64,000 bases of DNA from Mesorhizobium yinganensis (GCF_040081985.1 NZ_JBEBMH010000002.1:1-64000); one strand, 5' to 3'; counted from the stretch's first letter, positions 18,296-28,386 are shown. Numbers and translations are program-made. The notes: generated from the letters alone by a model not told the origin.

Positions 18296-19498
18296 CTATT
18301 CCGACAGCGTCCGCAAAAACGCCACCAGAGCGGCCTTTTCGCGATCCGAAAGCCGCAACGGCTGCAGTTCCGACGTGCCCTCGACCGGCCGCGGGGCGGC
18401 TGCATAGTGAGCAACCACGTCCTCCAGCGTCGCGAATTGACCGGTATGCATGTAGGGCGGACGGTCGGCGACACCGCGCAGTGACGGCGTCTTGTAGGCA
18501 CGGCGCAGTTCCGGACCATCCCGCACGATATGCCGCAGTTCGCCGCAGGCTTGTTCACCGCCATCACGAAAGCGCCCGAAGCAGTTGAACGGGTCGGCGA
18601 GCACCTCACTGACGCCTGTCTGGCGCCCAAGGTCCGGAGGCTTGCTGTCGACCGGCGGCACACCGGTGTTGTGGAAACTCTCGTCGGTGAAGCGAGGGCC
18701 ATTGTGGCAGGTCGAGCAGCGCGCCTTGCCGATGAACAGTTTCAGGCCAAGCGCCTCCTCGTCCGAAAAGGCCGCATCCGTCTCGGGCGTCTGTCCGGCT
18801 CCAACGGCGTTGGCAAACCGGTCGAAGCGGGTCGGCGCATGCGTGATCGTGCGCTCGAAGGCGGCAATGGCCTTGCCGATATTGGCGAAGACTGTGTCGA
18901 CTTTTTCGCGTTGGTCCGCAGCCATAGCCGCCCATGCCGCCTGCTCGGCCGCCGTACCGAGCGGCCCGGCCGACGCCGGCAGCGCCGAAACATCCGGCAA
19001 AGGCCCGAAAATGCGCTCGTAGCGGGTCTTGAATTCGCGCACCATCAGATGCGCATAGGCCGTGCGTGTGCCGGCATGTTCGTTCTGGTCCTCGAGCGGC
19101 GTCAGCGCCTGGGCCCAAAGGCTGTCGCGGCGGCCATCCCAGAAGAACCACGGGCCGTAGGCTACACCGGCCAGCGGCATGGTGCGCCGGTTCGATTCGC
19201 CGACGCCGACGCCGAAGGGACGGTCGTCCTGGAACTGCCGGTCGATCATGTGGCAGGTCGAACATGCGACATTGCCGTCGCGTGACAGCCGCTGCTCGAA
19301 GAACAGCGTTGCTCCGAAGGCAGCCGGACCGGGCTTGTCGGCATATTTGTTGGTCGGGTCGGGCGGCAGCGGCTTCAAGGCGGAAAGCGACAGCGAAGCG
19401 ATGGTCGCTTTCTCAGGCTCGGAGAAATCCGGCCCGTCGCAGCCTGCAGGCAGCGCTAAAAACCCGAATGCGAGCAGAAGGGCAAGGCGGCGGCACAT
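18296..19498 (-). CDS. Di-heme cytochrome c peroxidase (CCP/MauG family)
   Basis: Signal/lipobox-like N-terminus. Two CXXCH heme motifs (CSTCHMIDRQ and CSTCHNGPRF). About 400 aa, as in bacterial CCPs. Confidence 0.85.
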   Translation of the reverse strand: MCRRLALLLAFGFLALPAGCDGPDFSEPEKATIASLSLSALKPLPPDPTNKYADKPGPAAFGATLFFEQRLSRDGNVACSTCHMIDRQFQDDRPFGVGVGESNRRTMPLAGVAYGPWFFWDGRRDSLWAQALTPLEDQNEHAGTRTAYAHLMVREFKTRYERIFGPLPDVSALPASAGPLGTAAEQAAWAAMAADQREKVDTVFANIGKAIAAFERTITHAPTRFDRFANAVGAGQTPETDAAFSDEEALGLKLFIGKARCSTCHNGPRFTDESFHNTGVPPVDSKPPDLGRQTGVSEVLADPFNCFGRFRDGGEQACGELRHIVRDGPELRRAYKTPSLRGVADRPPYMHTGQFATLEDVVAHYAAAPRPVEGTSELQPLRLSDREKAALVAFLRTLSE

Positions 19499-19520
19499 GG
19501 TTCTTCATCCAGAGCACACT

Positions 19521-19961
19521 CTAGAGAACAACGTTGAACACGGCCTCATCCTTCTCGCCCTTGATCGAAATGTCGAACTTCAGCACCCAGACGCCAGGCA
19601 TGGTGAACTTCAGGCCCTCGACACGGTAATGCCCCTCGCCAAGATCGGCCGTGACCGTCGGTTTCGTCGGCAGCCCGTGACTGTGGTCGGGCATGCCACC
19701 GTCGACCGAGATGGCAGCGTCGCGCACCGGATGGCCGTTCGGGAAGCGCACCGTGAGAATCCAAGAACTTAGCGGCCCAACCTTCGGCTCGCCGCCTTCC
19801 GGCGCGATGCTGGCGACGAAGCGTTTGTTCTCGGTGCGCTTGGCGCGGGCGACATCGGGAATGTCGTGCCGTGGCGCCGTCAGGTAAATCTGGGCAAAGC
19901 AGAAGATGGCGATGACGGCGAGTATCGGGACGACGATCATCCCCCAGGGAATTTTGCGCAT
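19521..19961 (-). CDS. Membrane-anchored FixH/YtkA-like periplasmic protein with a Met/His-rich patch (possible copper ligand)
   Basis: N-terminal TM helix IPWGMIVVPILAVIAIFCFAQI. DGGMPDHSHGLP motif. Ig-like C-terminal half. Its stop is 22 nt upstream of the CCP start, so it is the likely operon partner. Confidence 0.5.
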   Translation of the reverse strand: MRKIPWGMIVVPILAVIAIFCFAQIYLTAPRHDIPDVARAKRTENKRFVASIAPEGGEPKVGPLSSWILTVRFPNGHPVRDAAISVDGGMPDHSHGLPTKPTVTADLGEGHYRVEGLKFTMPGVWVLKFDISIKGEKDEAVFNVVL

Positions 19962-20099
19962 GGGAATTGTTCCAAAGGCGGTTTCGCGGCGAATTTAGGG
20001 CTTTGTGGGCAAAACGGGAAGCCGCGGCCCGCGCCGGGTTGCCGAGGGCAAAGCGGAGTGGCAAAAGGTCAGTAATTCCGGCGACTTGGGAGGACGGAC

Positions 20100-21023
20100 T
20101 TGGCTCGAGGAATTGCGTCTGTCGGCGAATGCATGCTGGAGCTTTCCGGCCAGGACGGTGACCAGTGGCGCATGGGTTATGCAGGCGACACGTTCAACAC
20201 GCTATGGACGCTGCGGGCGCTCACCGACGCCGGTCAGCCGGCCGATTATATCTCGGCTTTCGGCGACGATCCCTTTTCAATCAAGCAGATAGAGTTCTTT
20301 CGCGACAACGGGATCGGCATCGCCGCAAGCCCGGTCATCCCTGGAGCACGGCCCGGGCTTTATGCGATCACGCTGACCGGCGCCGAGCGTTCCTTCACAT
20401 ACTGGCGCTCCGACGCGGCCGCGCGGCAACTGGCGAAAGACCCGGAAGCCTTGCAAAAAAGCCTTGAAAACCGGGAACTTGTGTACTTTTCCGGAATTAC
20501 ATTGGCAATTCTGTCGAATGAAGCGCGCTGGGTGCTTTTCGACAGATTGGCGGCGGCGCGGGCCAAGGGCGCGCTTATCGCCTTCGATCCGAACTACCGC
20601 CCGCGGCTTTGGCCGGATGCCGGGGCTGCCCGGCAGGCGATCGCAGAGGCGCTGGCGACCACCGACATCGCGCTGCCGACCTTCCCCGACGAGCAGATGC
20701 TGTTCGGAGACGGCACGCCCGAACGCACCGCCAAACGATTGAAAAATCTTGATGTTTCCGAAATCGTGGTGAAGAACGGCGAGGCCGAAGCCTTGATCGC
20801 GCACGACGATCTCCTGCACCCGTCGCCGGCGAGTTCGGTGGCAAAACCGGTCGACACGACGGGGGCCGGCGATAGTTTCAACGGCGCCTATCTGGCCGCC
20901 AGGCTTGCAGGAGACACACCGATGCAGGCGTCCGTCCGGGCACATCGGGTCGCCGGCGCGGTCATCCAGGTGCGCGGGGCGCTGGCGCCGTTCGACGTGC
21001 TGCGGGCTGCATTCAACGGATAG
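20100..21023 (+). CDS. kdgK: PfkB-family sugar kinase (2-dehydro-3-deoxygluconokinase-like)
   Basis: N-terminal GECMLELS and C-terminal DTTGAGDSFNGAYLAARLAG (PfkB signature 2, anion hole). 307 aa. Confidence 0.7.
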   Translation: MARGIASVGECMLELSGQDGDQWRMGYAGDTFNTLWTLRALTDAGQPADYISAFGDDPFSIKQIEFFRDNGIGIAASPVIPGARPGLYAITLTGAERSFTYWRSDAAARQLAKDPEALQKSLENRELVYFSGITLAILSNEARWVLFDRLAAARAKGALIAFDPNYRPRLWPDAGAARQAIAEALATTDIALPTFPDEQMLFGDGTPERTAKRLKNLDVSEIVVKNGEAEALIAHDDLLHPSPASSVAKPVDTTGAGDSFNGAYLAARLAGDTPMQASVRAHRVAGAVIQVRGALAPFDVLRAAFNG

Positions 21024-21363
21024 CGGCAAACGACTGAATTATAGACGTAATTCGTCATGGCGGTCGAGACAAGGACGGTCTCGGGACCTGCCATTGCGGG
21101 CAGCCCCTGCCGCAGCTGGTGTCTCCGTCATGTTCGGAAAATTCTGCTCGTTCAAAGGCTTGTCGAAAAAGCGCGGAACAAATTTGCGTTTGCGCTGACG
21201 CGGATCCCTTTTGAACGTGACGCCACCGGTGTTTTCGCTGCCAGCGGGTCGCGGGGAGGCGTTTTTTCGGCCCCGGAGTTCGTCGCCACCAGCTTCTTCG
21301 ATCAGAACTCCTTTGCGTTCGTAGATCTCGCCAGCCGAGCCAAGATTTATCGGACACGAACGG

Positions 21364-21729
21364 ATGGCATCCAAAGAGAGGGCTTCCTACATCTGGGCCG
21401 GGTACAATTTATTGGCGTGCTCGATGCATCGGTTGAAGAAGCCCCTGGTCGGAGTCCTGCTCCTCGCAGGCGTTATATTTCTGATCTACGCCATGGATCG
21501 GAGCCACGATCGCGGTGTAGCTGTGACGGCAACGTATCCGACCGGTGAAATCGTCTCCGCACTATCCGATCACGGCACGCGGTTCATCGTCAAACTGGAT
21601 CATAGCGCCGAAACGATAATGGTCCACGACTCGGTCCTGCTGCCGCTTCCGGCCGGAACAAAAGTCCCGCTGGAACGGCTGGAATTTACGGACGGAACAA
21701 TCAAATACCAAATCGTCCGGAGACGTTAG
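21364..21729 (+). CDS. Hypothetical membrane-anchored protein (lower-GC ORF)
   Basis: 121 aa. One TM helix LVGVLLLAGVIFLIYAM. GC content is visibly lower than in neighbouring genes. No motif recognised. Confidence 0.3.
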   Translation: MASKERASYIWAGYNLLACSMHRLKKPLVGVLLLAGVIFLIYAMDRSHDRGVAVTATYPTGEIVSALSDHGTRFIVKLDHSAETIMVHDSVLLPLPAGTKVPLERLEFTDGTIKYQIVRRR

Positions 21730-21759
21730 TCTCGACGGAATCCGAGACCGACCGTTCGT

Positions 21760-22779
21760 CTATCCCCGCCGGAACCGGAACTCCGTTACGTGCCGATAGA
21801 TCTCGCCGGGTCGCAGGACCGCCTGCGGAAAATGTGGATGGTTGGGGGAGTCGGGCCAGGTCTGTGCTTCCAGGCAGAAGCTGGAGAATGGGCCGTAGCG
21901 GCGGCCGCCGAGGCCGATCGCTTCAAGATCGACATAATGGCCGGCGTAGAACTGCACCCCCGGCTCCGTCGTCCAGACTTCCATCTCTACGCCTGACGCC
22001 GCTCCCTGCGCGCGGGCGGCGAGGGTCAAGTCGCGCCGGGCTGCCGAAAGACAAAAATTGTTGTCGTAGCGGACGAGATCGGCTTTCGGCATGGGACGGA
22101 TGGGACGCAGTTCACGAAAATCGAACTCGGTCCCGGCGACCGGCCGGACCTCGCCGGTCGGGATCAGTTGTTCGTCGACAGGCAGGTAGGCATCGGCAAA
22201 GACCGCCAGACGGTGAGCGCGTGTGTCGGTCTCGCCGCCGTCGTCGAGGTTGAAATAGGCGTGGCTGGTAAGGTTGCAAAGCGTCGGCTGGTCAGCGGTC
22301 GCGGTGAGTTCGAGCGACAGCGCGCCCTCCCCGTTCAGCCGATAGGTGCAGCGGGCCTCCAGCCTGCCCGGAAAACCCATCGAGCCGTCCGGGTCGGCGA
22401 GCGTGAGCGTGACGAAATCCGAGCCGGAATCCTCGATCGTCCAGTTGCGGCGCGCGTAACCGTCGGGCCCGCCATGCAGCCCGTGCTTTTCGGGATGCCC
22501 GGGATCGACGGCGTAGTTTTTACCGTCGATGCTGAAGCGGCCGTTGCGAATGCGGTTGGCGTGGCGGCCGACGACCGCGCCGAAATAGTTGGGAAACGTC
22601 AGATAGTCGTCGAAGCGCTCGAACCCGAGCGTGAGCGGTGCGTCATGACCCTCAAGGCGCAGGTCCTGGAGGATGGCCCCCCAGGACAATATGCTGGCCG
22701 TCAGCCCGCCGCCCTCGATCATCAGGCGACGGACGGGTTCGCCCGTCGCGGTGTTGCCGAAAACCTGACCAGAACCCAT
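21760..22779 (-). CDS. galM: Aldose 1-epimerase (galactose mutarotase family)
   Basis: 339 aa with typical mutarotase blocks (HGGPDG, NLTSHAYFNL, and catalytic His/Glu context). Confidence 0.8.
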   Translation of the reverse strand: MGSGQVFGNTATGEPVRRLMIEGGGLTASILSWGAILQDLRLEGHDAPLTLGFERFDDYLTFPNYFGAVVGRHANRIRNGRFSIDGKNYAVDPGHPEKHGLHGGPDGYARRNWTIEDSGSDFVTLTLADPDGSMGFPGRLEARCTYRLNGEGALSLELTATADQPTLCNLTSHAYFNLDDGGETDTRAHRLAVFADAYLPVDEQLIPTGEVRPVAGTEFDFRELRPIRPMPKADLVRYDNNFCLSAARRDLTLAARAQGAASGVEMEVWTTEPGVQFYAGHYVDLEAIGLGGRRYGPFSSFCLEAQTWPDSPNHPHFPQAVLRPGEIYRHVTEFRFRRG

Positions 22780-22819
22780 CGCGCCGCTGCCTCCCCTTCA
22801 GCCTCGCCTTTGTCGGTGA

Positions 22820-24253
22820 TCAGAGGCCGAGACCACCGATGCAGACATATTTGGTGTCGAGATAGTCTTCGATGCCCTGGTGGCCGCCCTCCCGACCGAT
22901 GCCGGATTCCTTTACCCCGCCGAACGGCGCCTCGACCGTGGTGATCAGACCTTCGTTGACGCCGACCATGCCGTATTTCAGGCCTTCCATGACCCGGAAG
23001 GCGCGGCCGAGGCTGCCGGTGTAGAAATAGGAGGCAAGGCCGAACTCGGTGTCATTGGCCAGCTTTATGCCCTCTTCCTCGGTCTCGAACTTGAACACCG
23101 GGGCGACCGGTCCAAAAATCTCTTCCTTCATGAACATCATGTCGGGCGTGGCATCGGCAATGACCGTAGGCTCGAAGAACGAGCCGCCGAGCGCATGGCG
23201 CTTGCCGCCGGTGACGACCTTGCCGCCCTTGGCTTTCGCATCGGCGACGAACTCCTCGACCTTCTCGACCGCCTTTTCGTCGATCAGCGGACCCTGCTGC
23301 GTGCCTTCCTCCAGACCGGCTCCGATCTTCAGCTTGCTGCTGGCCTCCGAAAACTTCTCGACGAAGGCGTCATAGACGCCGGCCTGCACGAAAAAGCGGT
23401 TGGTGCACACGCAGGTCTGGCCGGAATTGCGGTATTTCGCCACCATCGCGCCCTCGACGGCGCGCGAAATGTCGGCGTCGTCGAAGACCAGGAACGGCGC
23501 ATTGCCGCCGAGTTCCATCGACACTTTCTTGACCGTCGAGGCGGCCTTGGCCATCAGCATCTTGCCGACCTCGGTCGAGCCGGTGAAGGTGATCTTCTTG
23601 ATCAGCGGGTTGGCGCAGATCTCGTCGCCGATCTCGCCCGCGGAACCGGTTACGATGTTGACCGTGCCCTTGGGGAAGCCGGCTTCCTCGCACAGCGCAC
23701 CCCAGGCCAGGCCCGAATAGGGCGTCTGCGAGGCCGGCTTGATCACCGCCGTGCAACCGGCAGCCAGCGCCGGCGCGATCTTTCGCGACAGCATCGAGGA
23801 CGGGAAATTCCACGGGGTGATCGCGGCAATCACCCCAGTCGGCTCCTTGGTGACAAGGATGCGGCGGTCGCCCCACGGCGATGGCACGACGTCGCCATAG
23901 ACGCGGCGGCCTTCTTCCGCGAACCACAGCACGTAAGCGGCGGAAATCCCGATCTCGCCCTTGGCCTCGGCGAGCGACTTGCCCTGCTCCATGGTGAGCA
24001 GTTCCGCCAGGGGCTGTTGGTTGTCCATGATCGCGTCGTGCAGTTTGCGCAGAAGCTTGTGGCGCTCCAGCACAGAGGTCTTCTTCCAGGACTGGAACGC
24101 CGCGTCGGCCGCCTCGATGGCGCGGCGCGTCTCCGCCTTGCCGGACTTCGGCACGGTGCCGATGACAAGCCCGGTCGCCGGGTTGGTGACATCGACGGTG
24201 GCGCCGGAATCCGCCTGCACCCATTCGCCGCCGATGAAATTCGCCTGCCGCAT
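22820..24253 (-). CDS. gabD: NAD(P)-dependent succinate-semialdehyde dehydrogenase
   Basis: Aldehyde dehydrogenase family: catalytic Cys block GQTCVCTNR and Glu block ELGGNAPF. N-terminus MRQANFIGGEWVQ is typical of GabD. Confidence 0.8.
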   Translation of the reverse strand: MRQANFIGGEWVQADSGATVDVTNPATGLVIGTVPKSGKAETRRAIEAADAAFQSWKKTSVLERHKLLRKLHDAIMDNQQPLAELLTMEQGKSLAEAKGEIGISAAYVLWFAEEGRRVYGDVVPSPWGDRRILVTKEPTGVIAAITPWNFPSSMLSRKIAPALAAGCTAVIKPASQTPYSGLAWGALCEEAGFPKGTVNIVTGSAGEIGDEICANPLIKKITFTGSTEVGKMLMAKAASTVKKVSMELGGNAPFLVFDDADISRAVEGAMVAKYRNSGQTCVCTNRFFVQAGVYDAFVEKFSEASSKLKIGAGLEEGTQQGPLIDEKAVEKVEEFVADAKAKGGKVVTGGKRHALGGSFFEPTVIADATPDMMFMKEEIFGPVAPVFKFETEEEGIKLANDTEFGLASYFYTGSLGRAFRVMEGLKYGMVGVNEGLITTVEAPFGGVKESGIGREGGHQGIEDYLDTKYVCIGGLGL

Positions 24254-24803
24254 GAAATGGCTGGTCTTCTGGAGCATCTTTTTTCTCTCCCTGGGCGTTC
24301 ACCGGCGGAACGCACGAGTTCGGGTTGCTAGGACGTCTGTCCTGAATGGCGCCGCCGTCTTAGCGCTCCAACGGCAAGGGATCAATTGGCGCGCGTCCTG
24401 GAGAAATAGGGCCACACAGACGAAGCCGCCAGGCACGGCTGGGAAATGGGATCTGCAAGCGATGCCCCGCGACAATGTGGCGCCGGCAATCCTGCGAAAA
24501 CGCCCAGAAACCGACGCATGGCCAAACCCAGAAGTCACGCCAACCCGTGGCTATCGCGCGATAGCCGGCCCCGGAAATTTGGCGGCAGACCTAAGGCGCC
24601 CATCCTTAGTCTCAATTGTTGATTTAGATCGAAAATTGAATAAACGGGTCATATTATTTTTCTCAAAACAGCCCTGGTGGCCTCCTTACTTGGGGAATAG
24701 ACTATTGTCGTCGACAGCCTCGAACACAGGCCACGAGACAATGCTGCAATCGTAGTAGAATTGTCTGATCTCGACCCGAAAAAACCTCAGGGAGGGGTTT
24801 CCA

Positions 24804-26414
24804 ATGATCAGTAGCGTTTTAGGCAGTTTACTGCTCGGCACTGCTTTGACCTTTGGCGGCCTTGCCACGGCGCAGGCCCAGGACAAGCCACCCAACATCG
24901 TCGTCATCATGGGCGACGACATCGGCATGTGGAACATAGGCGCCTACCACCGCGGCATGATGGCCGGCCGGACGCCCAACCTCGACAAGATCGCCGCCGA
25001 GGGCATGCTGTTCACCGACTATTATGCCGAGGCGAGCTGCACGGCGGGCCGCGCAAACTTCATCACCGGCGAGCTGCCGATCCGAACCGGCATGACGACC
25101 GTCGGCCAGGCGGGCGCCACGACAGGCATTCCCGCCGAAGCGATGACGCTGGCGACCGCCCTCAAGGACATGGGTTACGCCACCGGCCAGTTCGGCAAGA
25201 ACCATCTTGGCGATCTCAACGAGTTCCTGCCCACCGTCCACGGCTTCGACGAGTTCTTCGGTTACCTGTACCACCTTGACGCGATGGAAGACCCCGCGCA
25301 TCCCAACTACCCCCAGGACCTGCTGGACAAGGTCGGGCCGCGCAACATGCTGCACAGTTGGGCGACGACGACCGACGATCCGACGGTCGATCCGCGCTGG
25401 GGCAAGGTGGGCAAGCAGAAGATCGAAGACGCCGGGACCCTTTATCCCAAGCGGATGGAAACGGTGGACGACGAGATTCGCGACCTCGCCTTGAAGTTCG
25501 TGGAAAAAGCCAAGGCCGACAACAAGCCCTTCTTCCTGTGGCTCAACCCGACGCGCATGCACGTCGTAACCCACCTGTCGCCGAAATACGAGGCGATGCG
25601 CAACTCCGAGAATGGCTGGTCGCTGCAGGAAGCCGGCATGGCTCAGCTCGACGACGATGTCGGCCTCGTGATGCAGAAGCTCAAGGATTTGGGCGTCGAC
25701 GACAACACCATCGTCCTGTTCACCACCGACAACGGCACCGAGACCTTCACCTGGCCGGATGGAGGCAACACGCCGTTCCGGGGCCAGAAGGGAACGATCT
25801 ATGAAGGCGGGTTCCGCGTTCCGGCTTTCATCCGCTGGCCCGGCAAGATACCAGCCGGCAAGGTCGAGAACGGCATCGTCTCGGGTCTCGACTGGCTTCC
25901 GACCTTCGTGACCGCCGCCGGCAATCCGAACATCAAGGCGGAGTTGCTGAAGGGCAAGAAGATCGGCGACCGCACCTACAAGAACCATCTCGACGGCTAC
26001 GACCAGACGGCCCTGCTCACGGGCAAGGGACCCTCGGCCCGGCATGAAATCTTCTATTTCGGCGAGAGCACGTTGGGCGCGGTGCGCATCGACGACTACA
26101 AATACCGGTTCATCGAGCAACCCGACGGCTGGCTCGGCGCCAAGCAGGCCGTCGACGCGCCGTCGATCACCAACCTGCGCCTCGACCCCTTCGAACGGCT
26201 GGGAACGCCGGCCAATGGGACCCTGGACGGCGCGCAGGGATATTTCAACGAATGGTTCATGTATCAGTTCTGGCGCTTCGTGTTCGTCCAGCAGGAAGTG
26301 GCAAAGCTCGCTGAAACAGCCATCGAATTCCCGCCGATGCAAAAAGGCGCCAGCTTCAACCTCGACTCCGTGAAGGAGAAGATCGAAGCCGCAAGGGCGG
26401 CAATGGCAAAGTAA
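24804..26414 (+). CDS. Secreted arylsulfatase (type I sulfatase)
   Basis: Signal peptide, then NIVVIMGDDIGMWNIGAYH. The formylglycine motif reads S-C-T-A-G-R (Cys-type, with Ala replacing the usual Pro). Other sulfatase blocks present: GKNHLGD and TDNG. Confidence 0.85.
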   Translation: MISSVLGSLLLGTALTFGGLATAQAQDKPPNIVVIMGDDIGMWNIGAYHRGMMAGRTPNLDKIAAEGMLFTDYYAEASCTAGRANFITGELPIRTGMTTVGQAGATTGIPAEAMTLATALKDMGYATGQFGKNHLGDLNEFLPTVHGFDEFFGYLYHLDAMEDPAHPNYPQDLLDKVGPRNMLHSWATTTDDPTVDPRWGKVGKQKIEDAGTLYPKRMETVDDEIRDLALKFVEKAKADNKPFFLWLNPTRMHVVTHLSPKYEAMRNSENGWSLQEAGMAQLDDDVGLVMQKLKDLGVDDNTIVLFTTDNGTETFTWPDGGNTPFRGQKGTIYEGGFRVPAFIRWPGKIPAGKVENGIVSGLDWLPTFVTAAGNPNIKAELLKGKKIGDRTYKNHLDGYDQTALLTGKGPSARHEIFYFGESTLGAVRIDDYKYRFIEQPDGWLGAKQAVDAPSITNLRLDPFERLGTPANGTLDGAQGYFNEWFMYQFWRFVFVQQEVAKLAETAIEFPPMQKGASFNLDSVKEKIEAARAAMAK

Positions 26415-26429
26415 GCAAGGAAAAAACAC

Positions 26430-26462
26430 CCGTCGGCGGGCGGCTCACGGGAGCGCCCGCCG
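26430..26462. terminator. Bidirectional hairpin between convergent sulfatase and lipoprotein genes
   Basis: cggcgggcggctcacgggagcgcccgccg forms a 9-bp GC stem. It is preceded by an A-run and followed, on the minus-strand transcript, by a U-run. Confidence 0.4.
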
Positions 26463-26486
26463 AAAGGTCATGACAAGCGTGGCGGC

Positions 26487-26813
26487 TCAGATTTGGTTTG
26501 CGCTGATAAATGCACCATTGGGTCCAAAACGGCATTCAAACGTCCCTGCCGTGTCGTCGTCGTTCGGCAACGTCCAAGAGCCCCTGATCGTCGTTCCGCC
26601 AGCCCCGGCGACGGGATTGTCGGTCGAAATCTCCCCAAGGCTCACGCCCGTCTGATTGGCGAACTGCTGCCGGCAGAAGTCGGGCATCTGGCCCGCAGAC
26701 ACGACCTGCCCCGTCGCCGCGGAAGCGCCCGTACCGGGAGAGCCCTGGCAGCCGGCCAGCGCGAGGCCGGCCAAAACGCCCGTCCAGAGGTAGCTTTTCC
26801 GTCTCGTCGTCAT
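26487..26813 (-). CDS. Hypothetical lipoprotein
   Basis: An internal ATG gives MTTRRKSYLWTGVLAGLALAGC (lipobox LAGC). 108 aa. The longer upstream reading frame has no RBS-supported start. Confidence 0.45.
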   Translation of the reverse strand: MTTRRKSYLWTGVLAGLALAGCQGSPGTGASAATGQVVSAGQMPDFCRQQFANQTGVSLGEISTDNPVAGAGGTTIRGSWTLPNDDDTAGTFECRFGPNGAFISANQI

Positions 26814-27193
26814 TGGGCCTTCTCCTCGAAAAACCGGCACTGTGCCGCTGCAATTGTCTTTGGAATCACGATCAGCATGCAGATACTTCGCCGCCGTTTC
26901 CTCCCGCTTTGCAACCCGCTTTCCAAGCCGGCAGTCAAAGCCTCCACGTTCAATAAACGGCGACGCGACAGAATGCAGCACTTTAACAACAATGCGAGGC
27001 GTCGCCAGCAAAGCTGTGTAATTTACGTGGCGGCTACACCCGCGGCGGCGCGATAATCGTCCGCTTGGCGCACCACGCCTGGCGGGCATGGGGCTCGCCA
27101 GCGGCCAAGAAAGCAGCCGGTCACACGATCTAGCCTCATTTGCATTTCATCGGTATGAACCACGGAAAACGACAAGGGACTCGTCAATCGTAG

Positions 27194-28345
27194 ATGCGAA
27201 AGAAGCCAGGACCGACCGAACATCCGCGTTATCGCGTCATCCCTCGCGATTCGAACAAGCTCGCTATCTTCTTTTCCGGGTCAAGCGTCCAGGACAACCA
27301 GTTCCACTGGTGGAACATGGGGCAAAGGATCGGCACCAACGTCATCCTGGTAAACAACGGCCGCAACGAATGGTATGTCAACGGCATCCCCGGACTTGGG
27401 GATTCCTACAGCGCGACGGTGGATGCATTCCGCAACTGGGCTGACGCGCTCGGCGCGACCGACATCTATACGTGCGGCGGGTCGATGGGAGGGTCCGGCG
27501 CCCTCATTTACGGCGTGCCGCTCGGGGCGCGCGTGCTGGCTCTTGGCTTCGAAACCCATCTCCACTTCCCATGGGGCCATGTCCAGAGCCTGATGGTGCG
27601 GGATTTCGTCCCCGAGTTTTCCGATTTTCGTCCGCTCGTGGCGAAGGCCAAGCAGCGGATCGTCGTCTATGCGGGAGAGAGCGAGCCGGTGGACCTGGCG
27701 GCGGCGGCGCATATCGCCGACCTGCCGATGGTGGAAACCGTGACCTTGCGCGGCGTCGGACACGGGCCGCCTTCGCACCTGCGCAACCGCGGGAAACTGG
27801 ACCCGCTTTTCGATGCCTTGCTGGATGATGGGCCGCTGCCCGAGGTTTCCAACGCCGGCGAGGGGCTTAGGTCCGGATTTCCCGAAGCGCTCTATGCGGC
27901 CTACTGCGCCGACAAGGAGAAGCGTTGGCATGATCTTGAAAGCCTGGCGCGCAAGGCTGTCGAAATCTATCCGACATCGGAATTTGCCACGATGCTTCTC
28001 GGTAAGGCGTTGCTTCAACGGCACAAGGCCAAGCAAGCGCTCCCGGTCTTGCGGCAGGCCATTGCGCTGCATTCGAACTCGCGCGAGGCGCGTCTGCTTC
28101 TGGCACTCGCCACCGAGAAGGCAGGCGACCTGACCGGCGCGGTCGCCCTTCACAAGGATATACTGGCGCAATGGCCGGGCTTCGGCCTCTCTCATTACGC
28201 GCTCGGCCGAATCTATGCGGGCAAGAAAAGTCTGCGCGCGGCGATCAAGTGCCTGGAGCGCGCCGTGGAGCATGATCCGCATCGCGCCAACTTCCGAAGC
28301 AAGCTGGAGCAGACGAGAGGCCTGGCCGGCGCCCTGAAAGCATAA
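27194..28345 (+). CDS. Hypothetical alpha/beta-hydrolase-like domain fused to C-terminal TPR repeats
   Basis: A GGSMGGSGA (GxSxG) nucleophile elbow lies in the N-terminal half. The C-terminal ~150 aa carry TPR-like repeats (LGKALLQRHKAKQALPVLRQAIALHS...). The promoter region is AT-rich. Confidence 0.5.
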   Translation: MRKKPGPTEHPRYRVIPRDSNKLAIFFSGSSVQDNQFHWWNMGQRIGTNVILVNNGRNEWYVNGIPGLGDSYSATVDAFRNWADALGATDIYTCGGSMGGSGALIYGVPLGARVLALGFETHLHFPWGHVQSLMVRDFVPEFSDFRPLVAKAKQRIVVYAGESEPVDLAAAAHIADLPMVETVTLRGVGHGPPSHLRNRGKLDPLFDALLDDGPLPEVSNAGEGLRSGFPEALYAAYCADKEKRWHDLESLARKAVEIYPTSEFATMLLGKALLQRHKAKQALPVLRQAIALHSNSREARLLLALATEKAGDLTGAVALHKDILAQWPGFGLSHYALGRIYAGKKSLRAAIKCLERAVEHDPHRANFRSKLEQTRGLAGALKA

Positions 28346-28386
28346 TCGACCGCCGGCCGCCGCATTGCGTCGCGAGCGGGGCCGGG

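Noticed and set aside
22880-24331. 483-aa plus-strand ORF and 310-aa minus-strand ORF over gabD
   Set aside because: Alternative-frame artefacts. gabD has clear aldehyde-dehydrogenase catalytic motifs.
24828-26429. 533-aa minus-strand ORF antisense to the arylsulfatase
   Set aside because: Low-complexity translation. The sulfatase frame carries the signal peptide and the FGly motif.
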